DNA of 64,000 bases from a candidate division FCPU426 bacterium (GCA_963796105.1 CAWCKJ010000010.1:32001-96000); one strand, 5' to 3'. Shown: positions 35,877 through 46,453, counted from the first letter of the stretch. Program-made: numbers and translations. The notes: generated by a model not told the origin, from the letters alone.

Positions 35877-37238
35877 GTGAATATGAAGTGTCCTGGCTGC
35901 GGCTTTGAGCAGGCGGATGGGCGCATCGATTGCGACCGTTGCGGCCTGGTCTTTGAGAAATGGCATCAAAGGCATCCGGACCCGGTTCCCGCGGCGGAGA
36001 ATCCGCCAGCTGCGACCGAAGGGACCCCAGCCCCTGCGGCACCCACTCCTCCGAAGCCCGTTCCCGTGGAACCTGCGGCGAAGCCAGAGCCTGTTACCGC
36101 TCCCGTGCCCGAGAAAAAGCCGTCGAGCCCTATCCCCGCTGAGAAAAAAGAGGAAAAGCCGGCCGTTGCGATATCCACGCAAACTCCCGAACCTAAGATA
36201 TCCGCGCCCCCTGTAATTATTCCTGAACCCGAATTTGAAAGTGAACCGTTTACCCCGTCGGCGCGTCAATCTCATTCGGGAATGAACAAAAGGATCATTT
36301 CTTATCTCGGGGTAGGAGTTGTACTGGCCATACTCATATTCATTGTCTCGAATTACCTCATCACGGAAAACGGAAAGCAGGGACCCCGCTGCCTAGTAAC
36401 TTGGGGCGAGAACGGGGAAGACCAGGGGCAAATGGACTCGCCGATCGCGGCGGCTGTGGACCAGGACCGAAACCTATACGTTTCAGACCAGGGCAACAAC
36501 CGGATCCAGAAATTCGATTCCAACGGAAAATTCCTTCTCTCCTGGGGAGGGTCCGGGACGGCAGCCGGAAAATTCAATAATCCGGTCCAATTGGCCGTGG
36601 ATACGAAAAATTTCGTTTACGTCGTGGATGGCGGCAACCACCGCGTGCAGAAATTCGACTTGAACGGGGTTTACCAGACGGTCTGGGGCGGATTCGGCTC
36701 CGACCCCGGCCAGTTCAACCAGCCCTGGGGTTTGGCGATCAGCCTGAAGGACCAGATTTACGTGACGGATCAAAACAACCACCGAGTGGAGGAGTTCGAC
36801 GCGGACGGGAAATGGATCAAGACCTGGGGCACCAATGGAAAGGACCAGGGTAATTTTATCCAGCCGCGCGGGATCGCGGTGGACGCGGACGGGAACGTTT
36901 ATGTGGGGGACAACAACGAGAGGATCCAAAAGTTTGACGCCAATGGGACCTTTGTCGAGCAGACCGGGAGTTTCGGGCAGGAGCCGGGACAATTCCACAA
37001 AATCCAGGGTTTGGCCGCGGATAAAACCGGGCGCCTATACGTGGCTGACGGCGGGAATTACCGGGTCCAGGTTTTTGACGCCCAATTGAAACCCTTGACC
37101 GCCTGGGGGCATTTAGGCGAGAAGCCGGGGTTCTTCAACTTTCCCGGCGGAATCGCGGTGGACTCGAGCGGGTTCATCTATGTCACGGATTATCAAAACG
37201 ACAGGGTCCAGAAGTTCGCTGAACTCGTCATCAAATAG
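35877..37238 (+). CDS. Zinc ribbon / Pro-rich linker / TM / NHL-repeat protein
   Basis: CPGC...CDRC, P/A/E/K-rich linker, TM helix, six NHL repeats (YVSDQGNNRIQKFD). Confidence 0.85.
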   Translation: MNMKCPGCGFEQADGRIDCDRCGLVFEKWHQRHPDPVPAAENPPAATEGTPAPAAPTPPKPVPVEPAAKPEPVTAPVPEKKPSSPIPAEKKEEKPAVAISTQTPEPKISAPPVIIPEPEFESEPFTPSARQSHSGMNKRIISYLGVGVVLAILIFIVSNYLITENGKQGPRCLVTWGENGEDQGQMDSPIAAAVDQDRNLYVSDQGNNRIQKFDSNGKFLLSWGGSGTAAGKFNNPVQLAVDTKNFVYVVDGGNHRVQKFDLNGVYQTVWGGFGSDPGQFNQPWGLAISLKDQIYVTDQNNHRVEEFDADGKWIKTWGTNGKDQGNFIQPRGIAVDADGNVYVGDNNERIQKFDANGTFVEQTGSFGQEPGQFHKIQGLAADKTGRLYVADGGNYRVQVFDAQLKPLTAWGHLGEKPGFFNFPGGIAVDSSGFIYVTDYQNDRVQKFAELVIK

Positions 37239-37267
37239 TTAAATACCTCACGGCCGAAAAGTTCCCG

Positions 37268-37939
37268 GTGATTTATAACCGCGGTTCATTCAGGTTCTTC
37301 TCCAAAAAGAAATTTCGATTTTTTGCGCCTTTCGGGATTAGGAATAATGATTTGAGCAAAATCGGAAGAGTTTTTATTCAAGGAATCGGTCTCGGGCTTG
37401 GTGTCGGTTTGTGCCTGGCGGGGGCCTTGGCCCTGGTTTTCAGGTCCGTCCATGGAGTCGGTCCCCAGGACCAACCTGGAAACTACAACATATATTTCCT
37501 AGTGGTGGGTGCGGTGATGGGTTTGTTGGGGGGTTGGTGCCTGTCCTTGCATCTGGTTTTAAACCAGCTCTTGAGCTCCCTTTTTCTTCAAATCTCCCTC
37601 CTGGTTCCCATGACCACTTCCCTGATCGGCCGGGAATGGGCGGACAAAATGGAAATATTTTTCAAGGAAGTCCTAAGCCCCTTGCCGGCTTTTTTTGGAA
37701 GGGCGGTCAAGTTTTTCCTGGTAAGGCGTTTCGAGAATTACCCCAGGATCAACCGGGCCATTTCCAAGGCCAAGAAGAAACAGAACCTTCCGGCCTATTC
37801 GCCGGAATGGATGGCCCGGGTAGTATTGCATTACTTCCTGGAGCCTTTATGGGTCTTTTTTTACGCCGCCTATACCATCTTATTTTTGATCGCCCTCTTA
37901 TTTTTATCCTTTCCATTCGCCAGGGAAGGATGGCGGTGA
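37268..37939 (+). CDS. Hypothetical membrane protein
   Basis: Three or more hydrophobic helices; start uncertain (possibly TTG 37352). Confidence 0.6.
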   Translation: MIYNRGSFRFFSKKKFRFFAPFGIRNNDLSKIGRVFIQGIGLGLGVGLCLAGALALVFRSVHGVGPQDQPGNYNIYFLVVGAVMGLLGGWCLSLHLVLNQLLSSLFLQISLLVPMTTSLIGREWADKMEIFFKEVLSPLPAFFGRAVKFFLVRRFENYPRINRAISKAKKKQNLPAYSPEWMARVVLHYFLEPLWVFFYAAYTILFLIALLFLSFPFAREGWR

Positions 37940-38048
37940 AAAGCATGGTTGTTGGTGCGTGCCTTCCGGTTTGTTATCATGCCAAACAGGTTTCTTCCCT
38001 GTAAAAGCAAAAGCCTCAAAATTTCAATAATAGGTTGAGGAAATATTC

Positions 38049-38855
38049 TTGGGATCACCCCATTACGAAAAATGGAAAAACGCCCAGTCCCATTGGGATG
38101 ATGAGGATTTTTTAAAGTCCCTCACGGCCCTGATGAGGCTCCGCTACAAGCGCCTGGACGAGAAGGTCTATGGGGTTTTTGAGGCCTTCAAGCAAAAACG
38201 TTTTTCAGAGCCTGGAAATAACAAACAACCTCTTTTGGCGGATATTGGTTGCGGCAGGTCCGAATTCGGGGCTTTCCTGAAAGCGAAATGGGATAAGGAT
38301 GCGTCCTTGAAAAACACCCCCTGGAATTACCTCGGGATCGAGCCGTCCATGGAACAATTGAAACACCGCGATATTGACACCCTTGGATGGGGTTTCATCC
38401 AGGCCCTGGGGGAACAGGTGCCGTTGCCGGATATGTCCTGCGACGGGGTTCTGGTCAAGGAAGCGCTCGACCACTGCTACGACCCCCTGGGGGTTTTCCG
38501 CGAGGCGGGACGGATCTTGAGGCCCGGGGGCGTTTTGGTGGTGACGCTGACGAACGACAAGAGCTATTTCAAACGGCTTTTTCCCGGTATTAACCGCAAG
38601 TTGAAGGAAAAACAAACCGACCATTTATTTTTTTTCGGGCCGAAGGACCTGGAGAAATTGGCCGCGGAGGCGCGGTTTGACAGCATCCGGGCCCAAACCT
38701 ATAATTACCTGAAATTGCCGCGCTTCTTGGAAAAACTCATGGGCTTTTTGGGGGAACCCTTGAACGGGTTCCTGCTGGATTTAACGGATGGCGCCGGCGA
38801 GGCCCTCTTGCCTGGGTTGGGCGGCGGCATCCTTCTGAAAGCCTTCAAAAAATGA
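38049..38855 (+). CDS. Class I SAM-dependent methyltransferase
   Basis: LADIGCG, GIEPS, EALDH, ILRPGG. Confidence 0.8.
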   Translation: MGSPHYEKWKNAQSHWDDEDFLKSLTALMRLRYKRLDEKVYGVFEAFKQKRFSEPGNNKQPLLADIGCGRSEFGAFLKAKWDKDASLKNTPWNYLGIEPSMEQLKHRDIDTLGWGFIQALGEQVPLPDMSCDGVLVKEALDHCYDPLGVFREAGRILRPGGVLVVTLTNDKSYFKRLFPGINRKLKEKQTDHLFFFGPKDLEKLAAEARFDSIRAQTYNYLKLPRFLEKLMGFLGEPLNGFLLDLTDGAGEALLPGLGGGILLKAFKK

Positions 38856-38874
38856 ATTCTGTAAAAAGGAAAAT

Positions 38875-39036
38875 ATGAACCCCGAACTTTTGAATATCCT
38901 GATCTGCCCCGCCTGCGGCTCCTCCGTGCGCGAGAAAGACAATTCCATCGAATGCACCGACTGCAAGAACCGGTATCCCATCATCGACGGAATTCCCGCC
39001 CTCATTGTGGAACGTGCGGAAAAACCCAAGTCCTGA
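38875..39036 (+). CDS. Trm112 family small zinc-binding protein (not in ORF track)
   Basis: AAGGA RBS; MNPELLNILICPAC...CTDCKNRYPIIDGIPAL, 53 aa. Confidence 0.85.
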   Translation: MNPELLNILICPACGSSVREKDNSIECTDCKNRYPIIDGIPALIVERAEKPKS

Positions 39037-40141
39037 TCCCCTTAAAATCGGGATCGATGCCAGGCTGGCATTCCACCGCGGCGTGGGGACCTATGCCGCC
39101 AACCTGATCATCGCCCTTTCCCAAACGGACCGAAAAAATAATTACTGGCTTTTTAACGCCCTGCCGCTGTTAAAAGAAAAGGTCAAAAATCCGAATTTCC
39201 AATGGGTGGATTTACCCGCGGCCAATCCCGCCTACTACGAGCAAATCCAGCTGCCCCGTGCCGCCCGCGGGAAGAATCTGGATTTCCTGCATTACGTGGA
39301 CAACACGGGTACCTTGGTGGACCGCTTTCCCTATGTCCTGACCCTCCATGACGTGATGCACGAAAGATCCTTGAGGGAAGTGCGGGTCAGGCCGACCTTC
39401 CGCCAGCGCCTGGTTCACCTTTACAAGAAATGGACGACTCCCCGATCCGCGGTGAGGGCCAAGACCCTCATCACTATCTCGGAATACTCCAAAAGAAGCA
39501 TCACGGAAAAAACCGGCGTTGAGCCCGACAAAATCCACGTGATCCCAGAGGGCGTGGACCGCGAGATTTTTGTTTTCTCGAAAAGAAAGCGGTCAAAGCT
39601 CTTCAAGATCCTAGTCCAAGGAGCCACGGATGAAAGGAAGAACCTGACGAATATCCTCAAGACGGCCTGTTTATTGCGGGACATGGGAAAACACTTCCAA
39701 TTGGTCGTGATCGGGATGGACCTGGAGGAAGTGAAGCGATCCCATTACCTGGATCAAACCATCGAGATGGGGCTTGGGCCCCAAGTGGAATGGGCGGGAA
39801 ACGTGCCCTTCGAAGTTTTGAGGAACATCTACTCCGAGGTGGATTTGTTCCTTTATCCTTCCCGCATGGAGGGATTTGGCCTGCCCATATTGGAAGCCTA
39901 CGCGACCGGGGTCCCGGTCATTACCTCCAACCAAACGGCATTGCCGGAAACCGCGGGGAACGCCGCTCTTTTGGTGGACCCCGAGAGCCCGGAAAGCATT
40001 TGCGGGGCGGTGAAAGAATTAATGGATAATGAGTCCTTGAGAAAACGCTTAGTGAAGAGGGGCCTGAATAGGGTGGAAGAGTTTACCTGGACAAAAACGG
40101 CTCTGTTAACCAAAAGGGTTTACGAGGGTTTGGTGTTATGA
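39005..40141 (+). CDS. Glycosyltransferase family 4
   Basis: IGIDAR...GVGTY, LTLHD, PSRMEGFGLPILEA. Confidence 0.9.
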   Translation: MWNVRKNPSPDPLKIGIDARLAFHRGVGTYAANLIIALSQTDRKNNYWLFNALPLLKEKVKNPNFQWVDLPAANPAYYEQIQLPRAARGKNLDFLHYVDNTGTLVDRFPYVLTLHDVMHERSLREVRVRPTFRQRLVHLYKKWTTPRSAVRAKTLITISEYSKRSITEKTGVEPDKIHVIPEGVDREIFVFSKRKRSKLFKILVQGATDERKNLTNILKTACLLRDMGKHFQLVVIGMDLEEVKRSHYLDQTIEMGLGPQVEWAGNVPFEVLRNIYSEVDLFLYPSRMEGFGLPILEAYATGVPVITSNQTALPETAGNAALLVDPESPESICGAVKELMDNESLRKRLVKRGLNRVEEFTWTKTALLTKRVYEGLVL

Positions 40142-41883
40142 AAGGAATCTTCAGCTTTCTCCTATTAATCATGGAAGCCGGCTCCTTGTTTTTCTTTTTT
40201 CTCAATCCAGCCTCCCCTCTTACCGGGATGGAACCCCTTGGATTGTTTTTCTTGGTTTTAGTCCTCTTCGGCGGGCTCGTTTTAGTGGAAACCGCTTTGG
40301 CCGGATGGGTCGCCGGCGCAAAATGCATGAAATGTTTTTTACCCCCCGTTACTTACACCCATTTGTTTTGGGTTTTTTCCTGGGCCTGGCCCTGGGCGCG
40401 GGGCGTGAACCTTCCTGAACCCCACAATTTAGACCAAAGAAAATTCCAGGTTCTTCTGGGGGTCATGCTGATCTCGCACTTGTTCGCCTATACCGCCTGG
40501 CTGTTAAAAAAAGCAAGTCTCAACAGCCGGCCTATTTCCAAAACTTTCGGGATAGTAGGGGCGTTCTTTTTTATCGCGACGACCCTTTGGACGGCGTCGG
40601 TTTGCGATTTGAGCGGGGATGAGCCCCATTACCTCTTGATGGATTACAGCCTGATCCATGACGGGGATTTGGATCTTTCCAATAATTATCAAAACAAGGA
40701 TTACCTGAGTTTTTACAAAAGGGGAGAGCTGGCACTGCAGGGGTTGGACTACACGGAGAACGGGAAAATTTACAGCTTTCATCCATTGGGGCCGGTTCTA
40801 TTGGCGCTTCCGGGCTTCGCGATCGGGGGAAGATTGGGTGCCGCGCTGACCATGTCAATTTTGGCGGCCATGACTTTGTTCCTGTCCCTGAGGATTCTGG
40901 AGGCATTAGGGGCCCATGGACCTCCGCTTCAAGCCGTCGGCTGGGTCGGGGTCTTTTCAAGCCCAGTGCTTATATTCTCGGGGCTTATCTATCCGGAGAT
41001 TCCTACGGCTCTCTTCGTGGCATTAATCCTTTTTCTCTTTTTAAAAAAGCGCTGGGGGTGGCTGGGGGTTTGTCTTGGAATGTTACTTTGGATTCACAAC
41101 CGCAACGTTCTTTTAGTCATGCCGTTCTTGGCGGTCTTGGGTTATGAATTATTAAAAGGGAAAAATGAAAAACGGGAAAAAATATTAAGATTCACCTGGG
41201 GGTTCCTGGCGCCGACTTTTCTTTTAGCCTTTTATTTTGAAAAGATCTACGGGGTTTTAACACCATTGGGTGCCCATCATGAGTCTTTCTTCTCGCTGTT
41301 TTCGATCCAAAGATTTTTCGCCGGCTTCTTCGGCTTGATCCTCGACCAGGATTGCGGCCTCTGGTTCCATTTCCCTGTTTTTGCCTTGATAGTGACAGGC
41401 GGGATCCTCTTGAGACGCTCCAACAATCCCCTGAAAAGCCTTGTCCTGATCCCATTCTGTTTTTTTTATTTATTCATGAGTTTTTATGAGAACCTGGGGT
41501 TGGCGCCGGCGACCCGCTATATGGTGGGGATCACTCCCCTATTATGGATGATGCTTTACCCGGCGTTCGAGAGAATCAAGGCCTGGGATTTTTGGGCTCA
41601 GTTGACTTTTTTTTCTTTTGCGGCCGGTTTTGCCGTCAACTGGCTTTTGTGCGCGGTTCCCTGGATCCGCTACAACAAAATCCAGGGAGGCAATTGGATC
41701 CTGATCATCGCTGGAAATTATCTTCACTTACCATTGGTCCAATGGGAACCCATGTTCCAGGTCCCGGCAGTCGAGATGAAGAGCTACTTTTTGGGCGCTT
41801 TTTGGGTTTTGGTCACCATCGCTTTTTCGGTTCTTTTCTTGAAGGCCGAGGCTAATAAAACGGGGGAAGGGAAAAACTTTTGA
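40138..41883 (+). CDS. Polytopic membrane protein, putative GT-C glycosyltransferase
   Basis: More than 10 TM helices; GDEPHY acidic loop after an early TM; IYPEIP; late RY motif. Confidence 0.6.
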   Translation: MKGIFSFLLLIMEAGSLFFFFLNPASPLTGMEPLGLFFLVLVLFGGLVLVETALAGWVAGAKCMKCFLPPVTYTHLFWVFSWAWPWARGVNLPEPHNLDQRKFQVLLGVMLISHLFAYTAWLLKKASLNSRPISKTFGIVGAFFFIATTLWTASVCDLSGDEPHYLLMDYSLIHDGDLDLSNNYQNKDYLSFYKRGELALQGLDYTENGKIYSFHPLGPVLLALPGFAIGGRLGAALTMSILAAMTLFLSLRILEALGAHGPPLQAVGWVGVFSSPVLIFSGLIYPEIPTALFVALILFLFLKKRWGWLGVCLGMLLWIHNRNVLLVMPFLAVLGYELLKGKNEKREKILRFTWGFLAPTFLLAFYFEKIYGVLTPLGAHHESFFSLFSIQRFFAGFFGLILDQDCGLWFHFPVFALIVTGGILLRRSNNPLKSLVLIPFCFFYLFMSFYENLGLAPATRYMVGITPLLWMMLYPAFERIKAWDFWAQLTFFSFAAGFAVNWLLCAVPWIRYNKIQGGNWILIIAGNYLHLPLVQWEPMFQVPAVEMKSYFLGAFWVLVTIAFSVLFLKAEANKTGEGKNF

Positions 41884-43097
41884 ACATTCTTGTGTTAACA
41901 CCCCTCGTACCTTTTCCGCCCCACGATGGCGACCGATTACGCCTTTATCATTTCCTCCGATACCTAAGGGGGAAAGGCCATGTGATCGATCTTTTCTGCC
42001 TGACTCGCAACAAGGCCGATCTCGGGAAGGCCCATGAGATCAGGCCATTCTGCAGGAACCTTTACATTGAAGTTCTTTCCAATACAGATTTGTTCTTCAA
42101 CTTGATCGGCGGGATTTTGATGGGCCAATCCCTCAACATCTCCGCGTATTTTTCCCCGCGGATGAGGGAAGCCTTGAAGGACTATTGGAAAACAAATGAG
42201 GGGAAGAAAGCGGATGTGATCCTGGCCCATCGGCTTCGGATGGCGCCTGCGGCTTTCGAGGGAAACCCCGGTAAGCCGGTGGTGCTGGAATTAACCGATT
42301 GTTTGGCGGCCTATACTCAACAGCTCAAGGGACAGAAGGGGGCTCGCTGGTCGAGGCGTTTGGCGGCCTGGTGGGACTATTGGTTCCTGAAGACAGAAGA
42401 GCCGGATTGGGCTCAGGCCTCCCGAAAAACAACCGTGATTTCATCCCATGACGCCCAGGCTTTGCTGGAAAACGGAGCTTCCTTCGATAAAATCGAGATT
42501 GTTCCCAATGGAGTCACCCGGCAAAAGGTTTTAAATAGGAAGCCCCCGGCGATTTATCCCCCCAAAAAACCGGTTGTGTGTTTTGTGGGAAGCATGGAAT
42601 ACGCGGCGAATGAGGACGCCGCCCTTTGGTTTCTCGACGGGATATGGCCGCTGGTCAAACAAGGGATTCCGGACGCGGTTTTCGCCGTCGTGGGAAAAGG
42701 AGCCCGGAGGGTCTTAAGCCGGCGGCATAACGGCCGGGATATTTTCGTGACGGGATGGGTTCCAGAGGTTGAATCCTACCTGCTCAACGCCGATGTGTCG
42801 GTAGCGCCCTTGAGGGTGGCGGCTGGAATGCAAAACAAGGTGGCTCTTTCCATGGCCCTGGGTATTCCCGTCGTGGCGACCCCTTCGGCGGTGAAATGGA
42901 TGTCTCTTTGCGACCGAAAGGGACTTTTGATCGGTGAAAACGAGGGGGCTTTTGCCCAGAGAGTGGTTGAGGTTTTATCAAATTCCAGACAATACCGAGC
43001 CCGTGCGGCGAAATTCAAAAATACAATCCTTCGGAATTTTAATTGGAAGGAATCAGGACGAAAAATGGAAGGCCTTTTGAAACAGGCGGTTGATTAA
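41880..43097 (+). CDS. Glycosyltransferase family 4
   Basis: PFPPHDGDRLR, FVGSMEYAAN, APLRVAAGMQNKV. Confidence 0.85.
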   Translation: MNILVLTPLVPFPPHDGDRLRLYHFLRYLRGKGHVIDLFCLTRNKADLGKAHEIRPFCRNLYIEVLSNTDLFFNLIGGILMGQSLNISAYFSPRMREALKDYWKTNEGKKADVILAHRLRMAPAAFEGNPGKPVVLELTDCLAAYTQQLKGQKGARWSRRLAAWWDYWFLKTEEPDWAQASRKTTVISSHDAQALLENGASFDKIEIVPNGVTRQKVLNRKPPAIYPPKKPVVCFVGSMEYAANEDAALWFLDGIWPLVKQGIPDAVFAVVGKGARRVLSRRHNGRDIFVTGWVPEVESYLLNADVSVAPLRVAAGMQNKVALSMALGIPVVATPSAVKWMSLCDRKGLLIGENEGAFAQRVVEVLSNSRQYRARAAKFKNTILRNFNWKESGRKMEGLLKQAVD

Positions 43098-43115
43098 TCA
43101 AAGATCGGGGTTCAC

Positions 43116-45005
43116 ATGTGCGGAATAGCTGGGTTCGTTCAATTTAAAGCCGGAATGCCGCTCCAAAAGCATAACCTGGAGGAAATGACAGAAACCATCG
43201 CCCATCGGGGTCCGGATGAAAGAGGATTTTTCCAAAAGGGGCCAGTGGGATTGGGAATGACCCGTTTATCCATCGTTGACGTCAAGGGAGGAAGCCAGCC
43301 CATCTCCAATGAGCGGGGAACGGTCCATGTGGTCTTCAACGGGGAAATCTACAACCATCTTGAATTGCGGGAGCCGTTGGAAAAAGCCGGGCACCGCTTC
43401 ACCACCCGGAGCGATACCGAGGTTTTGGTGCATGCCTACGAGGAATACGGGGACGCTTTTATCGGGAAACTCCGGGGGATGTTCGCCTTCGCCCTTTGGG
43501 ACGAGACTTTTCAAAAACTGATCCTGGCCCGGGACCATATGGGCGTCAAACCCCTTTATTACACGACCGCCGATGGGTCGCTTCTTTTCGGCTCTGAAAT
43601 CAAGGTCCTCCTCGCGGCGCCGAAAGTCAAAAGCCAGGTGGACGCCAAGCAAATCCTGACCCTCATGACGCTCCAATATGTCCCGTCCCCTGATACGCTC
43701 ATCAAAGGAATCCGCAAAATTCCCGCCGCGCATTACCTCATCTGCCAATCGGGACGAATCCTGGTTCGGCCGTTCTGGGAGCTGCCGCGGGTGGACAAGG
43801 CGAGCGGGGGATTGGTCATCACCCGGGACCAGCAGAAGGAGTGGATCGAGAAACTGCAAACCATGTTGTTCGCTTCCGTCAAGGAGCAGCTCATGGCAGA
43901 CGTCCCCTTGGGGGCTTTCCTCTCGGGAGGGGTGGATTCCTCCCTGGTGGTGGCCGCCATGACCCATCAGACAAGGCAGCCCGTCAAGACCTATTCGGTT
44001 GGTTTTGAGAAGCAGGAGAATTTCAACGAGCTGAAATATTCCCAGAAGGTTTCCAAGTTTTTAAAAAGCCAGCACAGGGAAATCCTGGTGGACGCCCAAA
44101 TGATGAACGAGCTCATCCCGAAGCTGGTGAAGTACCAGGATGACCCGGTCATTGATCCGGCGGTCTTGCCGACTTTCCTGGTATCCATGTTCGCCCGGCA
44201 GGAGGTGAAAGTGGTCCTGACAGGGGAGGGAGCCGATGAGCTTTTCGGGGGTTACCGCAGGTATTCTTTCGACCGGTTGTCCTCCAACGTCAGGGCCCTG
44301 CCGGGGTGGCTGAAAGGTCTTGTGCCTTTTTTGACTGGAAGGATGAAGGATCCCTATAAACAGGCCTGGCAGGCGCTTCAAAAAGAGGATTTGGTGAAGA
44401 GGCATGTGGCCTGGTCCCGGCTTTGCCTGGAATCCACCCTGGATGAGCTCGCGGGGGAAAAGCTTAAATATGAAATGGAACATTCCAAAGTAGAGGAAAC
44501 CCTCGAGAAAATCTTCGGGACGGCCGAGCCTTACGGATTCGACAACCTCAACCTGATGCTATTCATGGATTTAAAAACCTGGCTTCCGGATGACCTTTTG
44601 AACAAGGTGGACCGCATGAGCATGGCGGCTTCCCTGGAGGCGAGGGTTCCTTACCTGGATCACAGGTTGGCCGAGTTCGCCTTTACCCTGCCCTCTGAGG
44701 TAAAACTGAAGGGGGGGGTGGGAAAATACTTATTGAAAAAAGCGGCTAATAAATACCTCCCCCGGGACATTATTTACCGCCAGAAGAAAGGCTTCGCCGT
44801 TCCACTTGGGCCGTGGTTTAGAAAAGAGTTGAAACCCCTTTTAGTGGATACTTTTCATTCGGAAAAATTCCAGAAAAGGGGGTATTTCGACCTGGCTAAA
44901 ACCGAGGTTCTGCTTCAGGAGCACTTGGAAGGGAAGAAGGATCACCATTTACTATTATATGGCCTGCTTTTAGTTGAATTGTGGCATAAGCGATTTATTG
45001 ATTAG
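43116..45005 (+). CDS. asnB: Asparagine synthase (glutamine-hydrolysing) family amidotransferase
   Basis: MCGIAG, HRGPD, FNGEIYN, LSGGVDSS, GEGADELFGGY, EARVPYLD. Confidence 0.92.
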   Translation: MCGIAGFVQFKAGMPLQKHNLEEMTETIAHRGPDERGFFQKGPVGLGMTRLSIVDVKGGSQPISNERGTVHVVFNGEIYNHLELREPLEKAGHRFTTRSDTEVLVHAYEEYGDAFIGKLRGMFAFALWDETFQKLILARDHMGVKPLYYTTADGSLLFGSEIKVLLAAPKVKSQVDAKQILTLMTLQYVPSPDTLIKGIRKIPAAHYLICQSGRILVRPFWELPRVDKASGGLVITRDQQKEWIEKLQTMLFASVKEQLMADVPLGAFLSGGVDSSLVVAAMTHQTRQPVKTYSVGFEKQENFNELKYSQKVSKFLKSQHREILVDAQMMNELIPKLVKYQDDPVIDPAVLPTFLVSMFARQEVKVVLTGEGADELFGGYRRYSFDRLSSNVRALPGWLKGLVPFLTGRMKDPYKQAWQALQKEDLVKRHVAWSRLCLESTLDELAGEKLKYEMEHSKVEETLEKIFGTAEPYGFDNLNLMLFMDLKTWLPDDLLNKVDRMSMAASLEARVPYLDHRLAEFAFTLPSEVKLKGGVGKYLLKKAANKYLPRDIIYRQKKGFAVPLGPWFRKELKPLLVDTFHSEKFQKRGYFDLAKTEVLLQEHLEGKKDHHLLLYGLLLVELWHKRFID

Positions 45006-45185
45006 TGGTTATTGGCTTAACTTTCCTTAGCTTTACTCAAAGTTTCTAATAACACCCTGATTTATTGAATATTTTAACCTTTTTCACAACCCCGCCTAAA
45101 AAATTCGAAGAAAAGCTTAAAAAGGCTTTATTTTGAAAGCTATATTATTTTCTCAAAGAAATGACTCAGGAGTTTGCTCCATTGT

Positions 45186-45214
45186 TTGACGGATCTAATT
45201 CTTTCGGTTAAAAT
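45186..45214 (+). promoter_or_regulatory. sigma70 promoter of efp-accBC
   Basis: TTGACG-N17-TAAAAT. Confidence 0.65.
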
Positions 45215-45284
45215 AACCCCCTTTTTGCGTGACCTCAGAAAAGAATAATTATAATGACAAACAACTGCATTAGGAGTTTTTTTA

Positions 45285-45842
45285 ATGATTAGCGTGAACG
45301 ATCTCAGGTCTGGGAATCTTTGTGAATTCGATGGAACGCTTTATAGGGTCGTGAACTATCAACACGTAAAGCCGGGCAAGGGCGGGGGATTTGTCCGTCT
45401 TAAACTGAAAAATGTGGAGTTAGGGACTGTTACTGATAAAACCTTGGATAGTTGGGAAAAAGTACCGGAACCTCCAGTTGAAGAAAAGGAAATGCAATAC
45501 TTGTATAAGCAGGGAGACAAATTTGTCTTCATGGACACTGGAACTTATGAGCAACTTGAGTTAACCGACGATGAGGTTGGTGAGGGAGCCCAATGGTTGA
45601 AAGAAGAAACCTCAATTGAAGTTCTTTTTTACAATGGCCGCCCCATCAGCGTGAAATTGCCCATCACGATCAACCTAAAAATCATTTCCTCCGAGCCCGG
45701 AATTAAAGGAGACAGGGTCTCCGGGGCCAGTAAGCCCGCCACTTTGGAAAGCGGAGCCACCATCCAGGTTCCCCTTTTTGTCAATGAAGGAGACGTCATT
45801 AAAGTCGATACTCGAACAGGGGAATATCTGGAGCGGGTTTAA
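45285..45842 (+). CDS. efp: Elongation factor P
   Basis: HVKPGKG, MQYLY, VPLFVNEGD, DTRTGEYLER. Confidence 0.97.
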   Translation: MISVNDLRSGNLCEFDGTLYRVVNYQHVKPGKGGGFVRLKLKNVELGTVTDKTLDSWEKVPEPPVEEKEMQYLYKQGDKFVFMDTGTYEQLELTDDEVGEGAQWLKEETSIEVLFYNGRPISVKLPITINLKIISSEPGIKGDRVSGASKPATLESGATIQVPLFVNEGDVIKVDTRTGEYLERV

Positions 45843-45889
45843 ACCCTTAACGTTTGAAGGCTGTGTCGTTGAATGGAAAGGAGCGTTAT

Positions 45890-46453
45890 ATGCCGACAGT
45901 TTCTGAAAATGAAGAAAGCCCCAAACCGGAAAAAAAGAAAAAAAGCTCCGGCTCGTCCAAAAGAATCAAAGTTAACCCCAAGCTTACAATTGTCCAGGAT
46001 GTCATCCAGCTCATGAATGAGGCGCAGGTTAATGAACTGCATTTTGAGCAAGGAGGAGTCAAAATCCATCTCCGCAAGGGAAATGGGCCCTCATTTGAAA
46101 CCTTCAAGGTGGACGGAACAGGAGCCACTGGTCAACCCTCTGAGACCAATACAGCGTTGGATCAGCAGCTTCCGGGCCAAGCCGGATCCCCGCAAGCCCA
46201 GAAAACGGATTCGACCATGACGATCAAATCACCTATGGTTGGAACTTTTTACCGCTCCTCCGCCCCCGAAGCCAAGGCTTTTATAGAGGAAGGCGACAAG
46301 ATCGAAGTGGGGCAGGTTTATTGCATTATCGAGGCCATGAAACTCATGAATGAGGTAAAAGCCGAAATGGCTGGAAAAGTCGTCAAAATACTCGCCCAAA
46401 ATGGGCAGGCTGTTGAGTTCAACCAGCCGCTTATCAACATTGATCCCAGCTAA
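45890..46453 (+). CDS. accB: Biotin carboxyl carrier protein
   Basis: SPMVGTFY, IIEAMKLMNE; start at ATG after AAGGAG. Confidence 0.95.
   Translation: MPTVSENEESPKPEKKKKSSGSSKRIKVNPKLTIVQDVIQLMNEAQVNELHFEQGGVKIHLRKGNGPSFETFKVDGTGATGQPSETNTALDQQLPGQAGSPQAQKTDSTMTIKSPMVGTFYRSSAPEAKAFIEEGDKIEVGQVYCIIEAMKLMNEVKAEMAGKVVKILAQNGQAVEFNQPLINIDPS

Noticed and set aside
35759..35926. N-terminal extension of the HemD-HemE ORF
   Set aside because: Overlaps the divergent gene and intergenic region; no HemD-like sequence.
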